Shown one piece after another: positions 29,976 through 39,369 of a stretch of 64,000 bases of DNA (position 1 is its first letter; every line of letters begins with the position of its first letter). This stretch comes from Sulfurimonas sp. GTDB taxonomy: Bacteria; Campylobacterota; Campylobacteria; Campylobacterales; Sulfurimonadaceae. The notes beneath the pieces were generated by a model that searched no databases, was not told the DNA's origin, and saw nothing but the letters and a program-made list of their open reading frames with translations. The position numbers and the translations under genes are program-made. The stretch lies in the NCBI GenBank assembly GCA_026996295.1, contig JALWLL010000064.1:14097-78096 (forward strand), read 5' to 3'.

Positions 29976-30347
29976 ATGGCAACTCAGCGAGTTAGCTCTA
30001 CAGAAGCCGCCAATAAGGTAATAGACCAACTCAGAGAGGAACATGGAGAGTTGTTTTTTCATCAAAGTGGCGGGTGTTGTGACGGTTCGGCACCTATGTG
30101 TTTTGCGGTAGGTGATTTTATGATTGGAAGCAGGGATGTAAAGCTTGGAGAGATTCACGGCTGTGAGTTTTATATGTCGCCTGATCAGTTTGAGTATATG
30201 AAAAACACCCATATAACTATAGACGTGGTAGAGGGAAGGGGTTCAAGCTTTTCGCTTGAGATTCCACTTGGTTTGCGTTTTATAGCAGTATCGAGACTTT
30301 TTAGTGATGAAGAGTATAAAAATTTAGAACCCATAGAAGTAGACTAG
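29976..30347 (+). CDS. DUF779-family protein (commonly paired with aldehyde dehydrogenases)
   Basis: It starts 2 nt after the ALDH stop. The motif HQSGGCCDGSAPMCF is characteristic of DUF779. Confidence 0.8.
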   Translation: MATQRVSSTEAANKVIDQLREEHGELFFHQSGGCCDGSAPMCFAVGDFMIGSRDVKLGEIHGCEFYMSPDQFEYMKNTHITIDVVEGRGSSFSLEIPLGLRFIAVSRLFSDEEYKNLEPIEVD

Positions 30348-30362
30348 TTTTAGTCTGCTTTT
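30339..30362 (+). terminator. Probable rho-independent terminator overlapping the DUF779 stop codon
   Basis: Stem GTAGACT / AGTCTGC (one G-U pair) with loop AGTTTT, followed by TTTT. Confidence 0.5.
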
Positions 30363-30451
30363 CCTCATTTAGTCAATTTCTTTCTTATGAAAAACATATA
30401 TATCGTTTTTGTGGTAAAATTATGAGCATATAAAAATAAATAGGATTTTTG

Positions 30452-30682
30452 ATGGATACGCAAAGCAGTTTAGAAAAATTAAGCGACAAAGTTTCTCAGA
30501 TTTTACAACAATACCATGCACTCAAAGGTGAAAACGAGATGCTAAGAACCGAGCTTGTAACACTTAAGGCGGAAAAAGAGGTAAAAGATCAGGAGATCGA
30601 AAAACTCACAGAGCAAAATGTTCTTAAAGATATGGAGATAGAAGAGATCGTAGATAAAATTGAAAGTATTTTAGGTCAATAG
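30452..30682 (+). CDS. Small coiled-coil protein (ZapB-like)
   Basis: 76 aa of almost pure heptad coiled coil (LKGENEMLRTELVTLKAEKEVKDQEIEKL), lying directly upstream of a ZapA-like gene. I use the ATG at 30452 rather than the TTG at 30449. Confidence 0.5.
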   Translation: MDTQSSLEKLSDKVSQILQQYHALKGENEMLRTELVTLKAEKEVKDQEIEKLTEQNVLKDMEIEEIVDKIESILGQ

Positions 30683-30685
30683 CAT

Positions 30686-30916
30686 ATGAGTAAAAAAATA
30701 GGCTTACACATAGGTGGTCGTAGGTTTGATGTCGATGTAGATGGCGACTTTGCTCTTTTTTTAGAGCATCAAATGTCTAAAGACTTCAATATCGAAGGAA
30801 ACAATGACCTAAAACTTTTATTGCAGGCTTATGTGAGAAAGAGCCATGAGCTTTTTGAACAAGAGCACAAAATAGAAGAAATTTTAAAAAAATTAGAGCA
30901 AGCTTCTAAAATTTAG
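30686..30916 (+). CDS. zapA: ZapA-like cell-division protein
   Basis: 76 aa. The N-terminus IGLHIGGRRFDVDVDGD..ALFLE resembles the ZapA beta-strand core, followed by a C-terminal helix. The call is based on weak resemblance. Confidence 0.45.
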   Translation: MSKKIGLHIGGRRFDVDVDGDFALFLEHQMSKDFNIEGNNDLKLLLQAYVRKSHELFEQEHKIEEILKKLEQASKI

Positions 30917-30971
30917 AATACTATAAGCTAAAATGAGTATAATTTCGTCCTCTCAATTACGAGAACGGTGT

Positions 30972-31048
30972 GCGCTCATAGCTCAGCTGGATAGAGCACT
31001 GGTTTGCGGTACCAGCGGTCGGGCGTTCGAATCGCTCTGGGCGCACCA
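30972..31048 (+). tRNA. tRNA-Arg (anticodon GCG), CCA encoded
   Basis: Manual cloverleaf. The acceptor is GCGCTCA/TGGGCGC. The D-loop AGCTGGATA places A at position 20, as is usual in tRNA-Arg. The anticodon stem is CTGGT/ACCAG with loop TTGCGGT. The T-loop is TTCGAAT. Confidence 0.85.
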
Positions 31049-31390
31049 TACATAAACTCCCTAAACAACGAATTTTCAAGCACTTTTACAAATTTACTAA
31101 ATTGGTTAAGAAAACTCCATACCCCACCTTTTAAACGCGTCAATTCTAAAATCAAGTGTCAATTTAACACCATTAGGCTTGATAAGATCATTCTTTGGTA
31201 ACTTGCCCTTGTATTTCGTTTTTATTTCAGATATACTACTGCTAATGAAAGATGATTTAGAGTTGCATCTTTGGTTCGCTTTATATTGTAACCTACGTTA
31301 ACAGTACGATCGCCCCCAATAGAAGAACTTCTTATATTATATTTTCGGTCACCTAAATTTTTGGGTGTATTTATTACAAAAGGTATTGCA

Positions 31391-31609
31391 ATGGCAGATA
31401 TAGTTAACGGAACAGTTAAATGGTTCAACAGTGAAAAAGGTTATGGTTTTATAGAACAAGATAATGGTGGAAAAGATGTATTCGTACATTTCCGTCAAAT
31501 TAACAACCCAGGTTATGGTCGTGTTTCTTTAGATGAAGGTCAAAAAGTAACTTTCTCAATCGGTGAAGGTCAAAAAGGTCCTCAAGCAGAAAACGTTACA
31601 CCACTGTAA
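31391..31609 (+). CDS. cspA: Cold-shock protein (CspA family)
   Basis: [21 protein letters not shown] contains RNP1, and DVFVHF is RNP2. The ATG at 31391 is preferred over the track TTG at 31361. Confidence 0.93.
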   Translation: MADIVNGTVKWFNSEKGYGFIEQDNGGKDVFVHFRQINNPGYGRVSLDEGQKVTFSIGEGQKGPQAENVTPL

Positions 31610-31617
31610 TTTTTCTA

Positions 31618-31636
31618 GAGCGGAATTGTTCCGCTC
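31618..31636. terminator. Hairpin between convergent csp and trpA (probable terminator)
   Basis: Stem GAGCGGAA / TTCCGCTC with loop TTG. On the plus strand it is followed by ATCCTCTTTT. Confidence 0.45.
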
Positions 31637-31644
31637 ATCCTCTT

Positions 31645-32385
31645 TTAAGTATTTATTTCCTCTTTTAACACTTTAGCAAGTTCACTACAGTATGATATTT
31701 TTTGAGCATATGAAAGCTCTTCTTTTAGAAGTATATCTATAAAAGCACTTCCAACGATCACGCCATCCGCACCTAAAACCTTACTCTTTGCTGTTTTTGC
31801 ATTGACACCAAAGCCGACATATACAGGTGTTTGAGAGTGTTTTTTAATAGAAGCCAAAAAAGGTTGTAGATCTTCACTCACCCCAGAACCGGTGATGCCG
31901 GTATATGCAACCATATAGATGAATTTTTTTGCATCTTTGACAACTTCTTTGATTCGATTTTCACTATCTGTTGGAGCAACAAAACTGATGTTTGACATGT
32001 TGTTACGCTCAAAAAGCGTTTGATATGCAAGTGCCTCTTCATGTGGAAGATCGGGGATGATAAGACCATTGACCCCAAGCTCATGTGCAAAAGGGATAAG
32101 CTTGTCCATATTTTGCTGATAAAAGCTGTTGAAATATCCCATCCACAGGGTGTCAACATTTGGTGCCACCTCTTTGGAGATATCTACAAGGTGTTGAAAC
32201 TTGAAACCAAGCTCGAGTGCCTTATGGTTTGCTTTTTCTATAAGTGGACCATCTGCAACAGGATCTGAAAAAGGAACACCAAGTTCGAGAGTATCTACAC
32301 CACTCTCACCGAGTGAGAGAGCCAGATCAACAGTAAAAGATTTTTCCGGATATCCGGAAGTTATATATGCTACTAAATTTTTCAA
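31645..32385 (-). CDS. trpA: Tryptophan synthase alpha chain
   Basis: Motifs include YITSGYP, LELGVPFSDPVADGPLIE and GFGV. The TTG start directly abuts the stop codon of the upstream HPt gene. No trpB is adjacent. Confidence 0.92.
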   Translation of the reverse strand: MKNLVAYITSGYPEKSFTVDLALSLGESGVDTLELGVPFSDPVADGPLIEKANHKALELGFKFQHLVDISKEVAPNVDTLWMGYFNSFYQQNMDKLIPFAHELGVNGLIIPDLPHEEALAYQTLFERNNMSNISFVAPTDSENRIKEVVKDAKKFIYMVAYTGITGSGVSEDLQPFLASIKKHSQTPVYVGFGVNAKTAKSKVLGADGVIVGSAFIDILLKEELSYAQKISYCSELAKVLKEEINT

Positions 32386-32787
32386 TTATTTTTCCAAGTC
32401 AGGTAATTTAAGTAAAGAGAATTTTATATGAGTGATTTCATTGTCAAGTCTAAGATCATCTTGCCACGATGCAAACATATCACTGATATTGAGCAGCCAA
32501 TTGATCGTTTCTTCATTGACAGGTTTGTTAGTCTTTCGAAGCTCCTCAAGCGCATCTTCTACAAAGGCGGCAAGTTTCATCATAGGCTGAATCTGTAAAA
32601 AACCCGAAGCAGATTTTATGTTGTGAAAGACGCGAAACAGTTCGTTGACGCTCCTTTCATACATATTTGGCTTCGATAGATCTAAAATCATCACTTCCAT
32701 GCTATCGACCATGATAGAATAGTGATCCAGAAATTCATCAACTATTTCAAAATCGAAGTTAGCATCTAAATCACTTCTTAATCCCAT
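32386..32787 (-). CDS. Stand-alone HPt (histidine phosphotransfer) domain protein
   Basis: 133-aa helical protein. ELFRVFHNIKSASGFLQ matches the HPt/CheA-P1 phospho-His helix (consensus HxxKG). A GGAGAG RBS precedes the start. Confidence 0.65.
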   Translation of the reverse strand: MGLRSDLDANFDFEIVDEFLDHYSIMVDSMEVMILDLSKPNMYERSVNELFRVFHNIKSASGFLQIQPMMKLAAFVEDALEELRKTNKPVNEETINWLLNISDMFASWQDDLRLDNEITHIKFSLLKLPDLEK

Positions 32788-33028
32788 AAAACAACTCTCC
32801 TAATATGGGGGAGATTATAGCAATATTTCTATTTATTTGTGTTTAATCACACACTCAACTACCATAAAATACAGACTCTCACCTGCAACTATATGAAGTG
32901 AAGTTGAGACAGTAATATAAAGTAGAAACATCTATTTTCTTACAGAAGTCACTGTTTTACAAGCATTATTGACAAACTATTATGCAATTTTAGTTAAAAT
33001 ACTTTTTATTAAATCAAAGAGTTTTAAA

Positions 33029-33820
33029 ATGAATAAAAAATTGACTATTACTTCCATAAAAAAGGCCAAGGGCGTAAAGCCATTGGTGATGATAACAGCG
33101 TATGATGCACTGTTTGCCAAGCTTTTACAAGAGAGTGCAGATATGATCCTTGTGGGTGATAGCCTCAATATGAGTTTTGGTGGTAAAAACGACACTTTGA
33201 GTATTACACTTGATCAGATGATCTACCACACAAATGCCGTATGTAACGGTGCTCCAAATAGCTTTGTAGTATGCGATATGCCTTTTGGAACATATACCAA
33301 CAAAGAGGATGCTTTGAGAAATGCCGTAAGAGTTTTTCAAGAAACTCCGGCTGATTGTGTCAAGATAGAAGGTGGTGAAGATAAGGCAGAGATCGTACAA
33401 CATCTAACATCAAACGGCATAGCGGTATGTGGTCATATAGGCTTACTGCCACAGGCTTATAGAAGTGAGGGTGGCTATAAAGTCAAAGGTAAAAATGAAG
33501 CGGAGACGGTGCAACTTATCAAAGATGCCCGCTCTATTGAGAGTGCGGGTGCATTTTGTATGGTTGTAGAGGGTGTCAAAGCGGATATTGCCGCTGAAAT
33601 CACAAAAAGTGTAGAGATTCCGGTGATCGGTATAGGTGCCGGAGCAGATGTTGATGGTCAGGTGCTTGTTTTTTCAGATATGTTAGGGTTTTATGAAGCT
33701 TTTACCCCAAAGTTTGTTAAAAAATATCTCGATGGAGCCAAGCTTGTAAAAGAAGCTGCTCAAAGTTACGCCGATGAGGTTGTTGGCAAAGAGTTTCCAA
33801 AAGAGGAACATACATACTAA
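33029..33820 (+). CDS. panB: 3-methyl-2-oxobutanoate hydroxymethyltransferase
   Basis: The ATG at 33029 gives [15 protein letters not shown]. Motifs are MITAYD, VGDSLNM, KIEGG and GHIGL. Confidence 0.94.
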   Translation: MNKKLTITSIKKAKGVKPLVMITAYDALFAKLLQESADMILVGDSLNMSFGGKNDTLSITLDQMIYHTNAVCNGAPNSFVVCDMPFGTYTNKEDALRNAVRVFQETPADCVKIEGGEDKAEIVQHLTSNGIAVCGHIGLLPQAYRSEGGYKVKGKNEAETVQLIKDARSIESAGAFCMVVEGVKADIAAEITKSVEIPVIGIGAGADVDGQVLVFSDMLGFYEAFTPKFVKKYLDGAKLVKEAAQSYADEVVGKEFPKEEHTY

Positions 33821-34833
33821 TGGAGAGAGTGGTTGATATAGAAACTTTCAGTATGGAAGATGAAAGCAGTGAACTTTCACTACGTCCTGATGCTTGGAGC
33901 GAGTACATTGGTCAAGAGCAGATCAAGAAAAATCTTGGAGTGTTTATAGAAGCGAGTAAGAAAAGAGAGGAAGCTCTTGATCATGTTCTTTTTTTTGGAC
34001 CTCCGGGACTTGGAAAAACAACACTTGCTCTGATTATTGCCAATGAGATGCATACAAATATCAAAGTGACGGCTGCTCCGATGATAGAAAAAAGTGGAGA
34101 TCTTGCAGCGATACTCACAAACCTTGAAGAGGGCGATATCCTTTTCATAGATGAGATTCACCGTCTTTCCCCTGCAGTTGAAGAGATACTTTACTCCTCT
34201 ATGGAAGATTTTCGCATAGATATTATCATTGGAAGTGGTCCTGCTGCTCAAACTGTAAAAATTGACCTGCCCCGTTTTACGCTTATAGGAGCGACAACAC
34301 GGGCAGGAATGTTGTCAAACCCTTTGCGTGACAGATTTGGAATGAGTTTTAGGATGCAGTTTTATACTTCTGAAGAGCTGGCGCGTATCATTGCTCAAGC
34401 GGCAAAAAAACTTGAGCGTGAGATCGTTCATGAAGCGGCGATTGAGATTGCAAAACGAAGCAGAGGAACACCCCGTATCGCACTTCGTTTACTCCGTCGT
34501 GTCAGAGACTTTGCAGAGGTTGCCAATGAAGACCATATACACCATGAAAGAACCAAGTATGCTCTTGATGAACTTGGCATAAACTCCCACGGTTTTGATG
34601 AGATGGATCTACGCCTGTTGCACCTTTTGGCATCAGCAAACGGTAGGGCTATGGGGTTGAGCACTATTGCAGCGGCTTTGAGTGAAGATGAGGGAACAGT
34701 TGAAGATGTGCTTGAACCCTATCTCATAGCAAACGGCTACCTGGAGAGAACGGCAAAAGGCAGAAGAGCAACACGTATGACATACGATGTACTGAACCTT
34801 TCGATGCCATTGGAAAAAGGAACACTTCTGTAA
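33820..34833 (+). CDS. ruvB: Holliday-junction branch-migration helicase RuvB
   Basis: TAATG overlap with panB. Walker A is GPPGLGKTT, Walker B is LFIDEIHRL, and TRAG and RGTPRIA motifs are present. Confidence 0.97.
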   Translation: MERVVDIETFSMEDESSELSLRPDAWSEYIGQEQIKKNLGVFIEASKKREEALDHVLFFGPPGLGKTTLALIIANEMHTNIKVTAAPMIEKSGDLAAILTNLEEGDILFIDEIHRLSPAVEEILYSSMEDFRIDIIIGSGPAAQTVKIDLPRFTLIGATTRAGMLSNPLRDRFGMSFRMQFYTSEELARIIAQAAKKLEREIVHEAAIEIAKRSRGTPRIALRLLRRVRDFAEVANEDHIHHERTKYALDELGINSHGFDEMDLRLLHLLASANGRAMGLSTIAAALSEDEGTVEDVLEPYLIANGYLERTAKGRRATRMTYDVLNLSMPLEKGTLL

Positions 34834-35873
34834 TGAAACCGCAATATTTTGTAGCCATACTCTTTGCAACATCGCTTTATTGGATGTATTTACTCTATGC
34901 TCCTTTTATCTTGGCTATTACCATTGCTGCACTTTTAGCGGTTTCAACCGCTAATATACAGCGTTTTTTTGAAAAACTACTGCATTCAAGGCTTCTTGCA
35001 GCTCTAAGCTCGAGTTTTATACTTGCTGTTTTGTTTTTTGCACCGCTTGGATATTTTTTGGCAACGATAACTATGAAACTAAACTCTTTTGATCCTCAGG
35101 CGATGAAAGATATGGAGAGCTTTTTACGAGATCTTGCTGCGAATCCTCCGGAACTTTTACTCTTTTTAAAACCTTATGCGCTCGATGCAATGAAAGATGT
35201 TAACATCAACTCACTCACAGCCAATGCCATAGCTTTGGCAGGAAAGCTTGGAGCTTTCAGTGCTGGCTTTTTAAAAAATGCTTTTTTGATTATTATCTTC
35301 TACTTTTTTGCCCAATATAACGGTATATATGTTGTAAATTTTTTAAAGCGTATCATCCAGATCTCCGTAGATGAAACAAGTATGCTCATACGGGAACTCT
35401 CATCAGTTATGAGCGTTGTTTTTTACTCTATTATTGTCAATGCGATGTTTCAGGGAATTCTCTTTGGTATAGCGGTCTCTTTTATGGGTTATAATGGTCT
35501 TTTGTTTGGTATCATGTATGGTTTTGCTTCTTTAATCCCTGTAGTAGGGGGGATTTTAATGTGGCTGCCGTTTATGATCTATGAGTTTTCCATCGGTGAT
35601 AGTAGCTATGCTATTTTTATTGCAATCTACTCCATAGTTGTGATCTCTGTGATAGCGGATACTTTCGTTAAACCGCTCATTATCAAAGAGATCAACATGA
35701 GACTGCTCAAAGAGGATGATGCACGTATGAACGAGCTTGTTATCTTTTTTGCGATCATTGCAGGGTTGGCGACGTTTGGATTTTGGGGTATGATACTGGG
35801 ACCAGCCATTACAGCCTTTTTTCTAACTATTTTAAAGCTCTTTGAGGCAAGAACCAAAGAGTATCAAAGTTAA
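34833..35873 (+). CDS. AI-2E (PerM/YhhT) family transporter
   Basis: TAATG overlap with ruvB. It has 7-8 TM helices and a conserved C-terminal GFWGMILGPAI. Confidence 0.75.
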   Translation: MKPQYFVAILFATSLYWMYLLYAPFILAITIAALLAVSTANIQRFFEKLLHSRLLAALSSSFILAVLFFAPLGYFLATITMKLNSFDPQAMKDMESFLRDLAANPPELLLFLKPYALDAMKDVNINSLTANAIALAGKLGAFSAGFLKNAFLIIIFYFFAQYNGIYVVNFLKRIIQISVDETSMLIRELSSVMSVVFYSIIVNAMFQGILFGIAVSFMGYNGLLFGIMYGFASLIPVVGGILMWLPFMIYEFSIGDSSYAIFIAIYSIVVISVIADTFVKPLIIKEINMRLLKEDDARMNELVIFFAIIAGLATFGFWGMILGPAITAFFLTILKLFEARTKEYQS

Positions 35874-35885
35874 ATACTTTGGTGT

Positions 35886-36770
35886 TTAATGGTAGATCTC
35901 AGGTTTATCATTTTTCCATCTACGATGGAGCCAAAACCAAAATTTCGGCTCCTCTCTTATAAGCTCACTTAGCCAGTCAGCCTGAAGTTGTGCTGCCTTT
36001 TGAATATCTGCTTTTTCATCATCTGTTTTTTCAACAACAAGTTCATCAAAAAGCATAAGTGTGTAGTGCTCATCATCATCGGTTCTTGTTGCCACGGGGA
36101 TGATAGCAACATCATACTTTCTTGCAAGGTATGCGGCCGTTGGTGTTTGGGTGATGGGTTTTCCTAAAAACTCCACCTCGATACCGTCTCTTTTTTTGAT
36201 ATTTGTATCGATGAGCAAACCTATGGCGAACTTTTTTTTAATAAAACGGATCAGATGTTTCACAACATTTGTTTTTTCTATAGATCTGTTTCCAAAAGCA
36301 TCTCTGGCTTCTAGAACCCATGGTTGGAATGTTTGATTTTTGAGTTTTTTGTAAACAGCTGCCAAAGGCTCTATAAAAGCACCGATAGCTGCACCACCTA
36401 GTTCCCAGGAGGCATAATGTGCAGTAACATAAATGACGGCACGACCCTCTGCATGTACTTTTTCAACAGCTTCTATGTTGTGTATGGTTATTTTTTTGCC
36501 GAGCTCCTCCTTGCTCATATGTCTAAGCTCCATAAGGTGCATCATATTGAGTGCAAGATTCTTAAAGTTGTACTTTGCAATGCTTCTTTTTTCTTCTTCA
36601 CTCATTGTACCGTCAAATGCATAATCAAGGTTTTGATAGACCACGTTACGATAGCGTGAGGAGAAAAGATAACCAAGGGTTCCAAGTGAAGTGAAAAAGG
36701 ATTTTCTCCAAGAGCCTGGAAGCAACATTAAAAACTTCTCAAGAAGCAAGAACAGTTTATAGCCTATCAT
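35886..36770 (-). CDS. Lipid A biosynthesis late acyltransferase (LpxL/HtrB family)
   Basis: An N-terminal TM anchor is followed by the acyltransferase block VTAHYASWELGG (HX4E-type), with typical LpxL size. It overlaps waaC by 4 nt. Confidence 0.8.
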   Translation of the reverse strand: MIGYKLFLLLEKFLMLLPGSWRKSFFTSLGTLGYLFSSRYRNVVYQNLDYAFDGTMSEEEKRSIAKYNFKNLALNMMHLMELRHMSKEELGKKITIHNIEAVEKVHAEGRAVIYVTAHYASWELGGAAIGAFIEPLAAVYKKLKNQTFQPWVLEARDAFGNRSIEKTNVVKHLIRFIKKKFAIGLLIDTNIKKRDGIEVEFLGKPITQTPTAAYLARKYDVAIIPVATRTDDDEHYTLMLFDELVVEKTDDEKADIQKAAQLQADWLSELIREEPKFWFWLHRRWKNDKPEIYH

Positions 36771-37759
36771 AGTAAAAGCTCCCTCGCTTTTTGAACTATA
36801 TCTTGCACATCTATCTCCTTTATGGAAAAGTCATTCTTGTTGATCTTGAAAATATCGACTGCTGAAGATGACTGCAATGCAAAGTTTTTTGGCGTTTCAT
36901 AGACCATTCTGGAAGTTGTCGGCCCAAACAGTGTCAGCGAAGGGATGTTCTGTGCCCATGCCATATGGGTAGGACCTGTATCATTTCCTATCACAAGATC
37001 CATACTCGAGATAAATGCGACCAACTCCTTGAGGGAGAGCTTTGGCGCCAAAGTGGCATAACTTGAATGTTCACAGATCCAAAGAGCCTCTTTCTCCTCT
37101 TGCTCACTGCCCCATATGATGTGACAGTACTCACCAAGTTCATTGCACAGTTGAGCCACCTTTTCTTTGGGGTACTTTTTAGATTCCCATGAAGCACCGA
37201 TAACAATGGCTATGTTCTTTTTGTTATGGCAAAGATGAAGCTTCTCTACATTGAAAATAGCTTGTTTTTTAAGAAGCATGGCATCGTTTATGCTAAAGTC
37301 GAGTGCATCAGCCACAAGGTAAGTATTTCTCTTTACAATGTTTTCACTGTAAGAGATATGGGATGTGCTTTTGTAAAAAAAAGAACTAAGAGGCTCTCTT
37401 GAAGAATTTTTGTCAAAGCCATGGGTGTTTTTACCTATAAGACGCGCAACAATAGCAGATTTTAGCAGTCCCTGTAGATCGATGATGATATCAAATTCAC
37501 CTAAAGATTTTAGATAAGAAACCGTTGTTTTAAGAAGCGAAAGGCTTTTTTCTTTTTTGAGTTGTTTGAGCTTGAGACGATGTACTTTGTCTATAAGGGG
37601 ATGATCCTCCAAAAGAGGTGCGAAAACATCTTCGGTAATCCACTCTATAGAGGCATTTGGGTAATGCTCGTGTATAAACTGAAGCACAACCGCAGTATTG
37701 ACAATGTCACCAAGAGCGGAGAGTCTGACGATCGCTATTTTTTGTATATCATTCTTCAT
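36767..37759 (-). CDS. waaC: LPS heptosyltransferase I (GT9)
   Basis: KIAIVRLSALGDIV at the N-terminus and the C-terminal GNDTGPTHMA motif match the GT9 heptosyltransferase family. Confidence 0.85.
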   Translation of the reverse strand: MKNDIQKIAIVRLSALGDIVNTAVVLQFIHEHYPNASIEWITEDVFAPLLEDHPLIDKVHRLKLKQLKKEKSLSLLKTTVSYLKSLGEFDIIIDLQGLLKSAIVARLIGKNTHGFDKNSSREPLSSFFYKSTSHISYSENIVKRNTYLVADALDFSINDAMLLKKQAIFNVEKLHLCHNKKNIAIVIGASWESKKYPKEKVAQLCNELGEYCHIIWGSEQEEKEALWICEHSSYATLAPKLSLKELVAFISSMDLVIGNDTGPTHMAWAQNIPSLTLFGPTTSRMVYETPKNFALQSSSAVDIFKINKNDFSIKEIDVQDIVQKARELLL

Positions 37760-37847
37760 TAGCGCTATTATATCAAAGTGCAGATAAAGATGTTATTAGC
37801 AAGCCTTTGGTATAATCACGGTAATTTTACAAAAGTTGGTTTTATAT

Positions 37848-38753
37848 ATGGTTACTTTAGATATTCAACAGTTTGCAGAGAGTCGTACAAAAGCAAGAGC
37901 ATATTTTTGTTTTTTATTTTCTAAAAACATACCAAATAGACTGCCTTCTCTTTCAGAAGAGATGATTATGCCGCGCCTTTTGAAGATAAAGGCGGATCTT
38001 GAAAAATGTGAAGGGGTGTATCTTTTAGATCATCGTGGTGTGCAAATCTCTCCCACCTTTACTCCCGGAAAGCAAATCGATGATGATGCCGGAAAGATCA
38101 GGGCTGACAGAGCATATTACTATAGAGCCGTAAGGGAGGGTCGATGTACTATTACCGATCCTTACCCCTCTTTGATCACGGGTGACCTGACGGTTACAGC
38201 TTCTCAGCCTATTTATGATGAAAATGGAACATTGAAATATGTGGCATGTTTAGATATGCCGCTTGCTGAGGTGATCAAAATTGCTCACCTGAACACCATG
38301 GATACTTTTTTCGGAAAAGTTTTTAAGTATACTTACGGTGCTTTTGCCTTAGCTTTGATGGCAGTGGCTATACTTCTGTTTTTCAAAGGGATACAAAGTT
38401 TTATAACATACGAGATCACTCCGATGCATTTTCAGATCAAAGATGTGTTTGAAGCAACCATTTTACTGACACTCGCACTGGCGATATTTGACCTTTCCAA
38501 AACGCTTATAGAAGAGGAGATACTGGGGCGAAATAAAGAGCATAACATATCGGGACCACATAAGACCATGGTGCGTTTTTTAGGTTCTATCATCATCGCT
38601 CTTTCCATAGAAGCGTTGATGCTTGTTTTCAAGTTTGCCATAACTGATCCGGATAAACTGATGTACGCTATGTATATTATCGGAGGGGTTTCGCTGCTTC
38701 TGGTAAGTTTGGCCGTATATATAAAATTTACAAAATTAAAGATTGAAGATTGA
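37848..38753 (+). CDS. Membrane protein with an N-terminal Cache/PDC-like sensor fold and a C-terminal 4-TM domain (no recognisable output domain)
   Basis: RADRAYYYRAVREGRCTITDPYPSLITGDLTVTASQPIYDENGTLKYVACLDM resembles the Cache core. Hydrophobic helices fill the last 140 aa or so. The stop overlaps the hisH TTG start (TTGA). Confidence 0.45.
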   Translation: MVTLDIQQFAESRTKARAYFCFLFSKNIPNRLPSLSEEMIMPRLLKIKADLEKCEGVYLLDHRGVQISPTFTPGKQIDDDAGKIRADRAYYYRAVREGRCTITDPYPSLITGDLTVTASQPIYDENGTLKYVACLDMPLAEVIKIAHLNTMDTFFGKVFKYTYGAFALALMAVAILLFFKGIQSFITYEITPMHFQIKDVFEATILLTLALAIFDLSKTLIEEEILGRNKEHNISGPHKTMVRFLGSIIIALSIEALMLVFKFAITDPDKLMYAMYIIGGVSLLLVSLAVYIKFTKLKIED

Positions 38754-39361
38754 TTGCTATAATAGATTATAACATGGGAAATTTGGCAAGTGTACAAAAC
38801 GCATTTGCCAAGCTTGGTAAAGATACAGTAGTTGAGAATGACCCTCAGAAGTTTGCTGCATATGACAAAATAGTTTTGCCCGGAGTCGGTGCCTTTGGTG
38901 ATGCTATGGAGCATCTTCGTCAAAGAGATATGATTGACTCCATAAAAGAGTTTGCCGCTTCAGGGAAGCCTGTTTTGGGTATCTGTCTTGGGATGCAGCT
39001 TCTTTTTCAAAGTAGTGAAGAGTTTGGAGAACATGAAGGTCTTGGACTTATAAAGGGCGATGTAAAAGCCTTTGATACAACGAAATTTCGAGAAAACCTT
39101 AAAGTTCCTCATATGGGATGGAATAGGATGTTTACAAAAGAGCACCCACTTTTTAAAGGGCTCGATGAAAATCATTATCTCTATTTTGTACATACATATC
39201 ATGTACATTGTGCCAATGAAGATGACATAATCGGTCAGACAGAATATGGCTACCGCTTTACCTCTGCGGTTGCACATGAAAATATTATGGGGATCCAGCC
39301 TCACCCTGAAAAAAGCCATAAAAACGGGCTTCAGATTTTAGAAAATTTTATTGATTTATAG
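38750..39361 (+). CDS. hisH: Imidazole glycerol phosphate synthase, glutamine amidotransferase subunit
   Basis: Motifs include [11 protein letters not shown], the catalytic Cys in GICLGMQ, and HPEKS. Confidence 0.95.
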   Translation: MIAIIDYNMGNLASVQNAFAKLGKDTVVENDPQKFAAYDKIVLPGVGAFGDAMEHLRQRDMIDSIKEFAASGKPVLGICLGMQLLFQSSEEFGEHEGLGLIKGDVKAFDTTKFRENLKVPHMGWNRMFTKEHPLFKGLDENHYLYFVHTYHVHCANEDDIIGQTEYGYRFTSAVAHENIMGIQPHPEKSHKNGLQILENFIDL

Positions 39362-39369
39362 GAAAAAAA

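Noticed and set aside
31004-31201. 65-aa plus-strand ORF, and the 68-aa minus-strand ORF at 31222..31428.
   Set aside because: The first begins inside the tRNA-Arg gene. The second overlaps the csp start codon and RBS in antisense. Neither has an RBS or a recognisable domain.
38432-38923. 163-aa minus-strand ORF across the Cache-like/hisH junction.
   Set aside because: It is antisense to hisH, which has unambiguous motifs, and shows no independent coding evidence.
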